Under the pieces are notes generated by a model that was not told where the DNA came from, searched no databases, and worked only from the letters and a program-made list of their open reading frames with translations. Of a stretch of 64,000 nucleotides of DNA, positions 37,331 to 49,610 are shown one piece after another. A program made the translations under genes and the position numbers. Numbering within the stretch: position 1 is the stretch's first letter; every line of letters begins with the position of its first letter. The stretch is from Vicugna vicugna (Eukaryota): the NCBI GenBank assembly GCA_013265495.1, contig MU058645.1, forward strand, positions 684,001-748,000. Reading direction: 5' to 3'.

Positions 37331-39599
37331 CCAAGTCTCCCAGGGCCTGTGCTGTCTGTGTCCTTAACCATGATGTCTCTTGGGCCTCACCCTTCACCCC
37401 CGAAACTCACAAAGGGTATAGAGAAAGAGGAATAGAATTTTCACTTGAATAAAGAAAATGGTTACTGTGATGTTGACGCCAGAAAGCCACATGAGGCGCC
37501 GTGACGGCACACGGGAGGGAGGAACCAGTAGGTACCGAAAAGCAACCCAGTTCTTGCGACCAGAAACACTTCGCGCACGTCCCTGGGAGGATGCTGCTTT
37601 TTTGTTGCCGTTGTTACAGAGATGTGGTTTTGACTTTGCTCTGCATGTTGGGAAGGGAAAGACACAGAGCTCGCCCAGTGGGTCGGTTGAGGCCACCCCA
37701 CTGAAAGGCATTTGAAGGCAGCCTGGCTCAATGCAATCCATGCCTCCACGGGGCCATTTAAGAGTTTTAACTGCCACACAACTGTGCATAATTCACCAGG
37801 GAGAGAAGAGCCACAATGAAGCATTCAAAGAACCTTCACTGTAAATGCATAAAATTATCCAGCTGCTCAAGACGCAAAGATGCTTAAGCTCTGTTCAAAA
37901 AAAAACAAAACAGTGGTGTGATTTGTTTTGAAATAATGTCAAGACTCTTGAACTATTAATAACATAGCTTCTTATTTTTTTAATACTTTGGAGGTACAAC
38001 TTACAAGCAGTCAACTGTTGAACAAAAAAGTGAGAGGGAGCATGGAACAGACATAATTTAGCGTCTTCTGCTCCCCTAGAATAGAATAAGATTTGAATAT
38101 ATAGCAGGAAAGCTGATAGAGCCACACCAGAACAGGTGTGTTTCAAGGTCTCACTCAGCATAATGCCCTGATAAGAATTACAAAGAAAGAAACAGGAAGA
38201 GGAGGAGGGAGAAGGGGAGGAGGAGGAGGGGGAACCAAAACGCCTATTTGCTATACTGAGGCAGGATGAGAGCCCAGACCAGCCGCTGCACAGGACGGTC
38301 CGTCCTCTGTGCACTGAATTCAGAGCCGGATGCTGGTGTCCTGGTCGCGCCAGCCTGGGGCCATCATCAGCCCACACGTCACCCCCACTTTTGCTTGTGC
38401 TCCTGAATATTTCTAAGCTTCTGGTCCATTTGGTCTCAGAGTCTACATCTTTAGATAACTCTAATTGTCTCCCTTTGTTTTCCTCCCCAAATAAAGGGTG
38501 ATTTTCTTCTTCACTCCATCTCCATTTGAGACCTACTTTATCCTTTGTTATCCCTTTCATTTTCTCGACAGTAATCAGACGCCCCTTGCTCACGCACAGT
38601 CTTTTATCTAAGCAGCCTGACTTTCTTTTCTCTCAGACGTGTTGTGATCAAGGCCGGAAGCCAAAATGTTGCCTCTTGTGCACGAGGTAGTGTTTCAGCC
38701 AGCTTTCACTGAAATGCTGAAAAACCATGCAGCACAAAAATCGCTCTTGTAAGTCAATACAGGACAGGCTCAGCCTGGCCCACTCTTGTTGCACAGAGAA
38801 TTCAGAGGAGAGCAAGAGAGAGGGAGAGAAGTGTCCTGTTAAATGAATGCTTCTGCTGATCTGTTAGCATCTACCGAGTCTTCTCAACCCTTTAAGATTA
38901 TTTAGATAAACCGTGAGATTCTAAGGAGATGGAGATGCTCTGGACAGAGGCGCATCCCCAGTCACATTTCACTTCAACTAAAATGTGTAAAGGTGTCCGT
39001 GGCATCTCAGCGGCCCCTCTTAGGAACCCCCAGGCCTTTGACTGGTCGACTTACTTAGGTCCAAAACCAGGAACTGGCGAGAGGTCGGGAACGCGGAGGC
39101 GCCGTATTTATCAGGGCAAACCACGCCGGGCGTGTGAATGAGCTTAAAAGGAGCTGGAAGTCACCAGGTTTCAAAGAAGTCAGTTCAAATGACTTTTGTT
39201 ATTTGTTACCTGTTGCACCGGGGCGTTTTCCTGTGGAGCCAGAGGCAGGGATGGGGGTTGTGGGCAGGATGCGGACCCAGCCCTGGCTTTGCAATGAGCT
39301 GAAAGACTGTGAGAAGACCCCTGGGAGGTTTAGGAGAAAAGCGCTTCCTGTTCTGGAATAAACCCGCCAGTGAAGAGCGAGGCGCCTGTGATTCTGAAGG
39401 AAGAGAACAGCCTACAGCCTCCAAACTCCAGGGGGAAGTGACGCCCGTGGCCGCGATGCCACTCAGCCCGCTTTTGGGTGGTCGTGCTATGGAGAGGGAG
39501 GCGAAGCCTTTTTTTTTAATACTAGGAGCTGTTTGGGAGTTTCCGTGTTTTAGGCTCAGTGCCCCGCTGACCCAGCCTTCTGGATTGAAGCTCTTCAGC

Positions 39600-39830
39600 A
39601 GGTGGCGAGAGAGGCGTCTGTGCGCCCCCAGGGCGCTTGTTTCCAGTCAGTCACCCAGCAGCCCGGCAGGGGACGGCGGGAGGGGCGGCTGCGTGAGTTA
39701 GAGTTGCCGCAGCGGCACCGCAGTGGCACCGCAGTGCAGCAGCCCAAACACGTGGTGCCTCCGGCGGGCTGCCGTGCGGGGCGGCGGCCGGCTCCCTCTC
39801 CGGGGCCGCTGTCTCCTGCTCTGTCCTCGA
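39600..39830. promoter_or_regulatory. Small CpG-rich patch
   Basis: ggcgggaggggcggctgcg, gccgtgcggggcggcggccggc; contains GC-box motifs. Confidence 0.5.
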
Positions 39831-40069
39831 GGTGTGGCTGCAGCCAGAGCTGTGTTGTGTCTGCTGGTCCTGGGCACTTCTGTCTTCATGGATCCCTCAA
39901 AAAATACTGAAAATATAATTTTATGACTACATTGGTATAAAGACAGACATATGAACATTACATTAGAACATCGTAAACTTAAAAGCTTCTTTTTTCTTCT
40001 GATTTTAAAAAGCATTAAAAGTTTTGCATGGGTCCCTAAAGTATTGTGGACACTAGGCACTGCACGTCC

Positions 40070-40275
40070 TGTGCCTAATGGATGTCAGCCCTGGGTCCAG
40101 CCATCACCTCTGTATCCCAGGCAGGAAAGAGGGCATTTTCCCGGAAGACCCAAGTGGATTGGCCAGAGCTTAGTCGCATGACCACCCATGTGGCAAGGAG
40201 TCTGGGAAACAGAGCTTTTATCCTAAGTGCCTCGTGCCCAGCGGGAAACAGGCAGCTGGGGGAGTCTGCCAAAAC
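40070..40275 (-). mobile_element. MLT1 LTR fragment
   Basis: attggccagagcttagtcgcatgaccaccc..gcaaggagtctgggaaa. Confidence 0.65.
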
Positions 40276-40467
40276 TGCCAATCCAAGCAGTTGAATATTT
40301 CTCTTCAACGAACAGAAATGGCGCGATGTAAGTAACGAATGATGAGTAAAAGGGTAATCTTGCTAGAGACAGTGTCCGAGATTTCTGTAATGCAGCCCAT
40401 ACAGAAGAAAACAAAGTAACACAAAGAAGTCTCCCCTGCCTGCTTGCTTACGTCTAAAATTCCTGCG

Positions 40468-40658
40468 CAGCAGATACACACTACTGTCTATAAAACAGGT
40501 GAACAGCAACGTCCTGCTGCACAGCACAGGGCGCTACACTCAATGTCTTGTAATAGCCTGTAATGGAAAAGGACTCTGTGTGTCTACAACTGAGTCACGA
40601 TGCTGTGCACCAGAAGCCAACAACACTGTAAACCGGCTAGTCTGCAGTAAGAAGTAAA
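40468..40658 (+). mobile_element. L1 3'UTR terminal fragment, GC-shifted
   Basis: cagatacacactact...cagcacagggcgctacactcaatgtcttgtaatagcc...gctgtgcaccagaagccaacaacactgtaaacc. Confidence 0.85.
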
Positions 40659-41417
40659 TCAGCAGACACAGCTGAGCAGGAGCTGTATTTTAGACTAAGC
40701 TTCAGTGCACGTTGTTTTCCGTCATCATCAACGTCCACCTTCCATGGCTCAATTATGGTGCTTGCGTTCCTCCCCTCAGCGCCCTGATTTTAAGGCTCAA
40801 TTTGAATAAATTCTCCTGGAGAAGCTCTTCCTGACCCCTCCCTGCTGCGCCTGCCTCGCCCCCACCAAGCATTTGGCCAGGAACCACTAGGAAAACCTTT
40901 GTTTTCAAACGCATCTCCAGCAATCATGAGGAGTTGTTGAATGAATGAGGAAATGACGTATTTTGGTTAATGATGTGTTTGTCTCCTACCATCATTCATG
41001 GACTCTCTGAGAACCGGCTGGGTCAGACAAACCTACATCAAACCCACAGCATCTAAGTGTGTTTGGCACCAAGCAGGTACTTCATGAGCAGCTGTCGAAG
41101 GGAAAGGCAAAATCCCAATGGCTTAATAATTAATCATCTGCTCCACTGAAACTTATGATTGGCCAAAACGCCATTGTTCCTTCTCAGCTGTCACTGTCTT
41201 GCTGCAGGAAGAATGTTCGGTGGGGGTGGCTTCACCCCAGCGAGCAGGCGGGGCTGAGGAAGCCAAGTGGACCCTCAAATGCGTGCTCACTGCATCCTCA
41301 TGTAAGCACCTTCACCACGTTTGTGCCGTGGCTACCAATCCAAGGCCCTTTGGAATACAGGTGGAATAGAAAATAATCAACTGGAAGTTTTAAAATACTC
41401 AAGGGAGAAATTATCAC

Positions 41418-42705
41418 CTTTTTTTATAGTTGATTTACAGTGTTGTGTTAATGTCTGGTGTACAGCACAGCGATTCAGTTATACATGTATTATATATATA
41501 TATTCTTTTTCGTATTCTTTTTCCATGATGGGTTATTACAAGATACAGAAATATAACTCCCTGTGCTACACAGTAGGACTTGGGTGTTTATCTGTTTTAT
41601 ATACAGTAGTGAGTATCTGCTAATCCCAAACTCCTAATTCATCCCTCCTCCTTCCGTTCTCCCTCAGTAACCGTAGGTTTGTTCTCTGTGTCTGTGTGTC
41701 TCTTTCTGTTTCGTAAATAAGTTCATTTGTATCATTTCTTTTTAGGTTTCATATATAAATGATATCATATGACATTTGTCTTTATCTGACTTACATCCTT
41801 ATATGGTGATCTCTATGTCCATCCTTGTTGCTACAAATGGTATTATTTCATTCTTTTTTATAGCTGAGTAGTACTTATATATATATATATATATATTCTA
41901 TACACACACACACCACATCTTCTTTATCCAATTATCTGTCTGTAGACATTTAGCTTGATTACATGTTTTCACTATTGTAAATAGTGCTGCTATGAACATT
42001 GAGGGGCGTGTGTCTTTTCAAATTAGAATTTTCTCCAGACATATGCCTAGGAGTGGGATTGCTGGATCATATGGTAAGTCTATTTTTAGTTTTTAAAGGA
42101 ATCTCCATACTGTTTTCCATAGAGGGTGCAGCAAATTACATTCCCATCAACAGTGTGGGAGGGTTCCCTTTTCTCCACACCCTCTCCAGCAATTATTGTT
42201 TGTGGACCTTTTAATGATGGCCATTCTGACTGGTGAGAGGTGATACCTCATTGTAGTTTGATTGCATTTCTCTGATAAATAGTGGTATTGAGCATTTTTT
42301 CATGTGCCTATTGGCCATTTGTATGTCTTCACTGGAAAAATATTTGCTCAAGTCTTCTGCCCATTTTTGGATTGGGTTGTTTGTTTTTTTGTTATTGAGT
42401 TGTATGAGCTGTTTATATCTTCTGGAAATTAAGCCCTTGTCAGTTGCATCATTTACCAATATTTTCTCCCCATCAGTAGGTTGTCTTTTCGTTTTGTTTG
42501 TGGTTTCCTTTGCTGTGAAAAAGCTTATAAGTTTGATTAGGTCCCATTTGTTTATTTTTCCTTTTATTTCTACTGCCTTGGGAGAACTGACCTAGGAGAA
42601 CACTGCTATGATTCATGTCAGAGAATGTTTGTCTACATTCTCTTCTAAAATATGTATGGTGTCCTGTCTCATGTTTAACTCTTTAAGCCATTTTGAGTGT
42701 ATTTT
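41418..42705 (-). mobile_element. 5'-truncated L1 (3'UTR plus decayed ORF2 C-terminus)
   Basis: Poly-T start and L1 3'UTR; ORF 42211-42459(-) [34 protein letters not shown]...[13 protein letters not shown] is an L1 ORF2p C-terminal signature. Confidence 0.95.
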
Positions 42706-44055
42706 CCTTAAAATATATATTTGCAATTTTTTTCTAGACAACCTCTAGAAGGGACCCTAACTCTCACTCTACAGAGGACAGCAACGGGATAAGCAAACTC
42801 CATATAACAAAACAGATTTATAAACAAGATAAGTTAAGCACCTCGCAAGGTGACCAGCATGTACCACAAAGGGCTTGAATGAATAAATGGTAATTAACCA
42901 ATCCATAAAGTGATTTGTCACTTTTTCAAAATAACTCACAAGTAGATTCTTTCATCAGGCCACTTTAGCATAATTTATCTGCTTTAATTTATAAAAAAAA
43001 ACCAATTTACACTGGCTTTTCAAGAGAAGACCTAGTTCTTAAAGCCAGTTATGACTTCAAGTGTATCCATTAATTTATATTTCTCTAACTCAGAGCTCTA
43101 ACTACCCTTTCCTGCCAGGATGATGGACTGAAGGATGGTGGTTCTAACTGGTTCCAAAGCCCAGGTGGTGGGTGGGAATGCAGAAAGTTGGTCTGTGCAG
43201 GGAATGAGGTCAGCAACCGGTAACAGGGAAGGCATGTATTGAAGCTAAGAGGAGGAAAATCAGAAGTGGAAAGCATAGGAAGTATCAGAAGATTTCATGT
43301 TACCCTCAGGGCTCAAAATAAGTCACGTCTTAATCGAGTTATAAGGAAAGACCTCACTGAGCTGAAGTCGCTAGGGAAATGTATGCACATAATAGCCTTC
43401 CTTCTCAGCAGCAAGAACGGGCAGGTCAAACCGCTGCGGACTAGTCCTGTGAAATTCTGCTTTGGGACAGAGCAAGCCTTCGTTCTCATGAACAGAGGCA
43501 GGGCTCCTCTTCTTCAGACTTAGAACGCTGTTTCCTTCTTGAAATTTGCTGGCGTGTGTGGAAATCTTCCAGACGCCTCAAATAATGTCCAAGGGCAGGT
43601 TCTGTATCTACACTGACATCTAGATGTGCTCCATCCCTCAAACTCTCATTTCAGGGAGATAGTGGAAATTATTCTTTAAAACTGTCAATTCAACAAAATT
43701 CAGCCACTTGAGGTTTAAACAAGCCTCTTTTGAGTAAATAGTTAACTCAGAATCTACCCGCTTTCTCCCCTTCATTCTCTCCAGTCTCTCATCTTATCCC
43801 CCCGAGGCTTAACTGTGGTTCCCTTATCAGAAAGGTCCTGAGCCTCCCTTCTTCTCACATCTTCCCACTTCCCTCCGTGCTGATGTCCACCCAAGCAGCT
43901 GATAGGGCTTGGTCTGACCCCCTTGGTCCCTGAGTGTTCTGCTCTGGCACTCTCTCCAGCCTCTCCATCCCTGTTCTTATCTTGGGCTACTCCCATCCAC
44001 CTGCTGGGCTTCTAAGAACCATTTTCACCATCTTTGGGGAGAGGAATGTTCAGAA

Positions 44056-44640
44056 TGTTACTGAAACTCAGCTCCCAAATGTACCCCAATTATCAAAGTG
44101 CAACTCAAGGACAGAGTTTTGGATGAAGCAGAAAAGGCAGCTTTATTTCTTTGCAGACAAAGGAAGTCACAGTGGGCTACTGCCTCCAAGGCTGTGGGCC
44201 TGCGGGGGGTTTTACAGTAAAAGTTTAAGGGGCGGCGCTGTTTTCCATAGAGATTGCATCTAAGGTAACAACCTGTTGCAAAGTTGTCCTTACTTTTATA
44301 GATGCAGCTGTCCCCTTCTGCTGGGTATGATGTTCACCTCTGGCTTTGGAAGTCTAATATCCTTGTGCCTAGAACAAAGGTGCTTAGGAGAGGGGTCTGT
44401 GGACATGGTCTAGGGAAAAACTTCTGCAGTTTAAAGGCAGACTGGTGTACGCTTCTGGCATTTTAGGCAGGCTGAAGCCTGAGACCTCTTGCTACAGTGT
44501 CAGCACAGGTGGGGGCAACAGGACACAAAGAAACCATAAGGGGCTGAAAGCAGCTGCAGACACGCGCAGTTGGGGTGAGTTATGAACGAGAAGATGCACA
44601 AAATACCCAACTGCTATCTTTGAGGTGTTGGAAACGAAAT
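44056..44640 (-). mobile_element. ERV1-like LTR sequence (possibly two adjacent LTR pieces)
   Basis: TGTTACTGAA start, gacagagttttgg.tgaag.agaaaag..agctttatt (antisense polyA signal), possible CA end at 44496; 44500-44640 (cgcgcagttgggg...acccaactgc) is also LTR-like. Confidence 0.65.
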
Positions 44641-46031
44641 GAGGGGGATGGGCAGATCATCCAAGATCCCCCTTCCCTTCCAGCCCAATCCTGGTCAGCA
44701 AAAGCATGAGAAAAATGCTTTACATTATTGTACAGTTAGGCAGTTATAAACACCACGTGGTCACTGATGACAATAGAGTCTTCTTGGTTACAGGAACATC
44801 CATGCCTGCATCCCTTCCACCAGGCCAACGATGGGAGAACCTCACTGGGCTACTAGCAGTCTCTTTGGGAACTAATTTGATGATGTCTGGATTAGAAGCT
44901 CTGTGTTTCCAGGGCGATTCTGAACCTAAATGTCCTCAAAAAGAACATTGGCCTTTTTGGTCATATGCTGGAATGGCAGGTGCCATCTCACTGCTCTTGA
45001 GCCACCCCAAAGTATCTGCTGTTCCCCCCTGGGGTTTGGTGGATAAAGAGAGGAGACTTTCTTGGGCTCACAGATCTTCCTCCCGCCAACACTGCCGCAT
45101 CAGCTTACTGAATCCAGCTTTCCTTCCAGGGAGGAAAATGGCTGTGATGTCATCTAATTCTCCTTTTTCCTTTAAAGCATTTGGTATATATTCTATGCAT
45201 CATGTTCTAAGGTGAGTTACTGATATTCAAATCCTACCCACTTTAATCTCCAAAAACATTTTATTATTTTCTCAGTAAAGTCTAGTCCTGATAAATCAAA
45301 GTCAGCTTGGTTTTCAGGCTGTTGCTTCTGTGACTTGTCCAAAATTTCCCTTCAGAAATTAAATTCCTCAGTTGTCCAGGCTGTATCTCCCTCCCTTTGA
45401 GACCAGGCAAATCATTGCCACACGAAATAGGTGAAAAGAAGGAAAAACTAATAACTAACATCAGCCTAATGTCACAAATTAAATATGGACGTTCAGGACG
45501 CAGCTAGCTATGACCCAGTTCATATGCTCTTATTCAGATTATTACTGCATGTGTTAAAAAAGCACCCCAAAACAGAGATAATAAATGTAATTGGCTGTCT
45601 TAGTAATCATTATGGAGATCGCTTGTTAATTTATAAATTCAGTACATTGTAAAATGCTTTATCAAACACATGCCACCCCCACAAGGTTCTTAGGTTTTGA
45701 GCTCCTTAAAAGCAAAGGTCATAGCTCATATTTTTTAATATATCATGGCAGCTGTCACAGGGCTAGGAGCCCAACAGATGCTCCCCACTTTCTGCTCTTC
45801 CCAGAGCTGATAAATGTTACCCTGTTCGTTTTTCCCCATTGCAATGGAGAATCACAAAAAGAAACTGGCGGTGATCAGTTGAGAAAAGGTGGTGTTAAGG
45901 GAGGGAAAATGTTACTATTATTCAAAATCCAATGAGTGGTTTGTACCAAGGATCTCTGGACAACTGAAGCGGTGTGCTGAGTTGTGTCCTCCCCACCCCC
46001 ACAAGAAGGAGGTAGGGTCACTGTGTTGGGT

Positions 46032-46133
46032 AAGGTGACTGTGTCATTTATTGTTCAAAATGGGAAATATTTTAAAGAAAAAAGGAGTGCTATAAATAAT
46101 TACCTCACTCACACTGGGATGTGTGGCCACCCT
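46032..46133 (+). mobile_element. MER94-like hAT-Blackjack MITE
   Basis: aaggtgactgtgtcatttattgttcaaaatggga...gtgctataaataattac...ctgggatgtgtggccaccct, with terminal inverted repeats ggtgac/gccaccct. Confidence 0.7.
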
Positions 46134-46644
46134 GGTACTAGGAGATTTTAAGACCCAATAGAATCATAGAGCATTAAAGCTAAAAAGTTCTTAGGCAATC
46201 CTGTAGTTTAGTACTAAGGGAGGAAAAAAAAAATCTGTTCCCAGAACAAGAGGCATTACTTCTGAGAAACTGGTTTAATTAATACCGAGAAACATCAAAA
46301 AAAAAAAAAAGTAAGAAGCCTAACACAAAAAACAAAGGAAAAAGAACAGTATTTTGCAGCCAAATAAATTTGGTACGTACAGTTAGAGATTCATCATGCA
46401 TATTAAACATTAAAGGGAAATTCTTCCTTAAGCCAACTTTGTTTAAAATAGCATTCCCCAAAATATTTGTATACTGATCTCTTCCACCTTTTTTCCTTCA
46501 TTTTGTTTTGTTTTGTTTTGTTTTCGTAACATGTTCTTTGCCATGGTGCAGACAGAAATGTATCTACTTCCAATTTAACAGGGGAGAAAGCCACCCAAGT
46601 AGATTAAGTAATATGGCAAAGGCCAGATAGTTTGGCAGGGCTAG

Positions 46645-46865
46645 GACAGCGGAGGAGGACCCGGAGCAGCGGCAGCAGTAGTAGCAATAGCAGTGGCCAT
46701 GGCAGTCGTAACGCCAGTAGTGGCGGTAATAGTAGCAGTAATGCCAGCAGCATCGGTAGTAGCAGCGGTCGGAGTGGGAGCAGCAGCAGGAGCAGCAGTC
46801 GTGGTAGGAAAGGCAGGAGAAGCGGCCGCAGTGGCCGCCGTGGCCGCGGTGGCCGTGGCTGCCAT
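46645..46865. repeat. Degenerate GCA/GTA/GCC trinucleotide repeat
   Basis: gca gcg gca gca gta gta gca ata gca gtg gcc ... gcc gca gtg gcc gcc gtg gcc gcg gtg gcc gtg gct gcc; sustained period-3 structure. Confidence 0.9.
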
Positions 46866-46869
46866 TTTT

Positions 46870-47162
46870 CTTTGATTGAAGTGCAGTCAGTTGCGGTGTG
46901 TCAGTCCCTGGCATACAGCACGGTGTCCCAGCCATGCATACACATACACGTATTCACTTCCATGTTTTTACAGAACAGAAACAGACTCACTGACATAGTA
47001 AACAGTCTTATGGTTACTGGGGGAAGGGGGTGGGAGGGGATACATTTGGGAGTTGGAGATTTATAAATGTCAGCCACTCTATATAAAAACAGATTTAAAA
47101 AAGGAAAAGTTTCTTTCACATAGCACAGGGAACTATGTTCGTTATCTTGTAATAACCTTTAA
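46870..47162 (-). mobile_element. 5'-inverted (twin-primed) L1 3'UTR insertion
   Basis: Antisense L1 terminus at 46870-~46967 joined to a sense L1 segment at ~46967-47162; perfect 14-bp TSD tggctgccattttt at 46856-46869 and 47163-47176. Confidence 0.9.
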
Positions 47163-48029
47163 TGGCTGCCATTTTTGAGCACTTTCTACTAGACATATTT
47201 TAAGCATTCAAAGTGGTATTGTTTACCAGTCTCTCCAGTCAGTAGGTAAGCTCAGTGGAGGCAGTTTTCACCACTGTATTCTCAATACTTTGAGCCTGGT
47301 GCCTGGCATAAAGTAGGCGCTTCGTAAATAGGTACAGAACAAATGCAGCTTCCAAATAGTCCATTTCATAGACTAAGGGAGAACTGCTCCACAGTGCCAG
47401 TGTTCCCGTACCATGGATCAACACATCTCTTTCTTGTTTTGGGGTTTTTTTCCCCTTTTCTTCCCTTAAAGATAGTTTCTTCCCTAAAAACAGTTCAGCC
47501 TATGCTCCCAGCAGCCCTGTGAAAGCTCCTGAGTTCCAGGAAGTAGAATCAGGAATGCAGTTCCTTATGCAAATGAGCAAAGATGCACCACAATGGTTTG
47601 GCCAATCTCCTTGAACCTTGAGCACCTTGAGCAGAAGTAAAACCTGGGCAGGACTTTGTGTTCACCAGGGCCACACACTTAAAGGATTCCCCATTGCAAA
47701 GTTATTCTGCTAACAATAATCCCCCCCACAAAAAAAAGGAGGTGACAACAGGTGTAGGCAAGCAGGAAGGAAACTGGTCTACAAAATGAGGGGAATTACC
47801 TGTATTAACGGAAGTTAAGGATTTTAATGAGCCTGCCAGGAGCCACTTGTAATTGCTGTTTCATAAGAAGAAAAATAAACGAAGAGGAAAATAATGGATG
47901 TTATCCAACAAGAAAATACCCTCAATGAATTTCTCACCTTCAATCTTACTGCACCCTTTGTGGTACTTTTCTTTTCTCTGCTTAACATTTTTTATTCCAA
48001 GGAGGTTAGTTTTTTTTTTCTTTTAAAAT

Positions 48030-48350
48030 CTAAAGGAAAAATTGAGAAGATGTGGTGACATGATGGCTGTCTTGAAATATCTAAAGAGCTCCCATAAGAA
48101 GCGGGGAGCAAGTGGCCTTCCCCCCTGCACTGCAGCAGGCAAACAAGATCAGCGGGTAGAAGCAACAGGGAGCCACACTTCCTACAAATACAGACCAGAA
48201 TTTTCTCCCAATTAGAGCTAACCAATAACAGAGCATAAAATGGAGTTTCATGTCACTTGAAGTGTCTGGACAGAGCTGGGCCACCATCTGTTGGGGAAAC
48301 CTTCACTTAGACAAGTCTGTACCCAAGTGTCCTCTAACTTCTGGGACTCC
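48030..48350 (+). mobile_element. L3/CR1 LINE 3' fragment
   Basis: gacatgatggctgtcttgaaatatctaaagagct...gtcacttgaagtgtctggacagagctgg...cctctaacttctg. Confidence 0.65.
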
Positions 48351-48729
48351 TCAACTATGTGTGGTGGAACATAGGAGAATTCTTTTCCCCTATTTCAGCC
48401 CTAATGCAGACACTTGGTAAATTTTGCCCGCCAGTGGCTAGTTTCAGGGGGTTATTGGTACTAACGTAATCACTGGGACCACCGGGTGATCACCAGCATC
48501 TTCCCATTTGTTCGAGGTAAGCAGAGAAGGCAAGAGGTGAGCATCCTGTGGAGACTTTTTCTCACCTCATTCTGGGCCTGGGCCAGCTGGGAGAATGCAC
48601 AAAAAGTAGTAAAAATATGCTTCATCTGCCATCCCATAAGACTTCCAGTGACTCCTCAGGAACACCTGAGGATTGGGGCAGGCCTGATGTGTAGCTACAC
48701 TGAATCCCTTCTCTTTGTGTACCGTCTTC

Positions 48730-49610
48730 TAAACATTATATAAAGAACTCTTATTAGCCAATAAGAAAAATGACAGACAACCAAACAGAAGAATAGGCAA
48801 AAAGACTTCCCAGAACAGGATAACTCACTGGTCCGTAAGTCTATAAAATGTCCTTAGCCCCTTAGTCATCAAAGAAATACAGATTAAAACTACAACAAAT
48901 GACTATTATAATCACACTAAGAAACCCTAAACTTAAAAAGACTGGAAGTAGAAAGAGTTGGCAAGAAGGTGGGACAACAGGAACTCATACATAATTGGTG
49001 TGTTTATTTGTACAGTCACTTTGGGAAACTGTCTAGCAGCATCTGCTAAGACTGAACGTGCATGTATCCTATGACCCAGGGGTTATACTCTTTGATATAT
49101 ATATAGAAGGTATACTTTTGTTCGCCCAAAGAACTGTACAGGAATCGATACAGCAATATTATTTATGATACCCAAAAATTAGAATACAGCCCAAATATCC
49201 ATCAACAAGACAATGGATGATCAAGTTTGATATGTCCACAAAATAAAGTACTATACAGCAATTAAAATAAACCACAACAACACGCAACAGCATGGATGGG
49301 TCTCCTAATGTTAAGTAAAAGAACACAAACAAAAAAAATAGTATATCCTGCATAATCCCATCTATATAAGGTTTAACAACAGGCAGAACTAACCAATGGT
49401 TTTAGAATTCAGGGTAGCAATTACCTTCGGAGTGGCGACAATGATGAGGACATGCACAAGGGAGCATCAGTGGTGCTGGTAGGGTTTGATTTCTTGGCTT
49501 GGGCTGTGGTTAAACAGACACAGCCCCTTTGTGACAACTCACTGAGTTATGCAGTTGTGATCCGTGTACTTCTCTGTGTGCCACACATCAATAAACATTT
49601 GTTAAAATAC
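48730..49610 (+). mobile_element. Ancient L1M (ME/MC-type) 3' region
   Basis: aaagaactctta..ataagaaaaa, ttagtcatcaaagaaatacagattaaaac, cctatgacccag, acagcatggatgggtctc, atcaataaa. Confidence 0.8.

Noticed and set aside
37895..38593. 232-aa ORF, the longest in the track
   Set aside because: Non-ATG start, crosses a GA-rich low-complexity tract, no recognisable domain and no convincing splice boundaries.
42211..42459. Protein-coding gene
   Set aside because: Decayed L1 ORF2 fragment within a truncated element.
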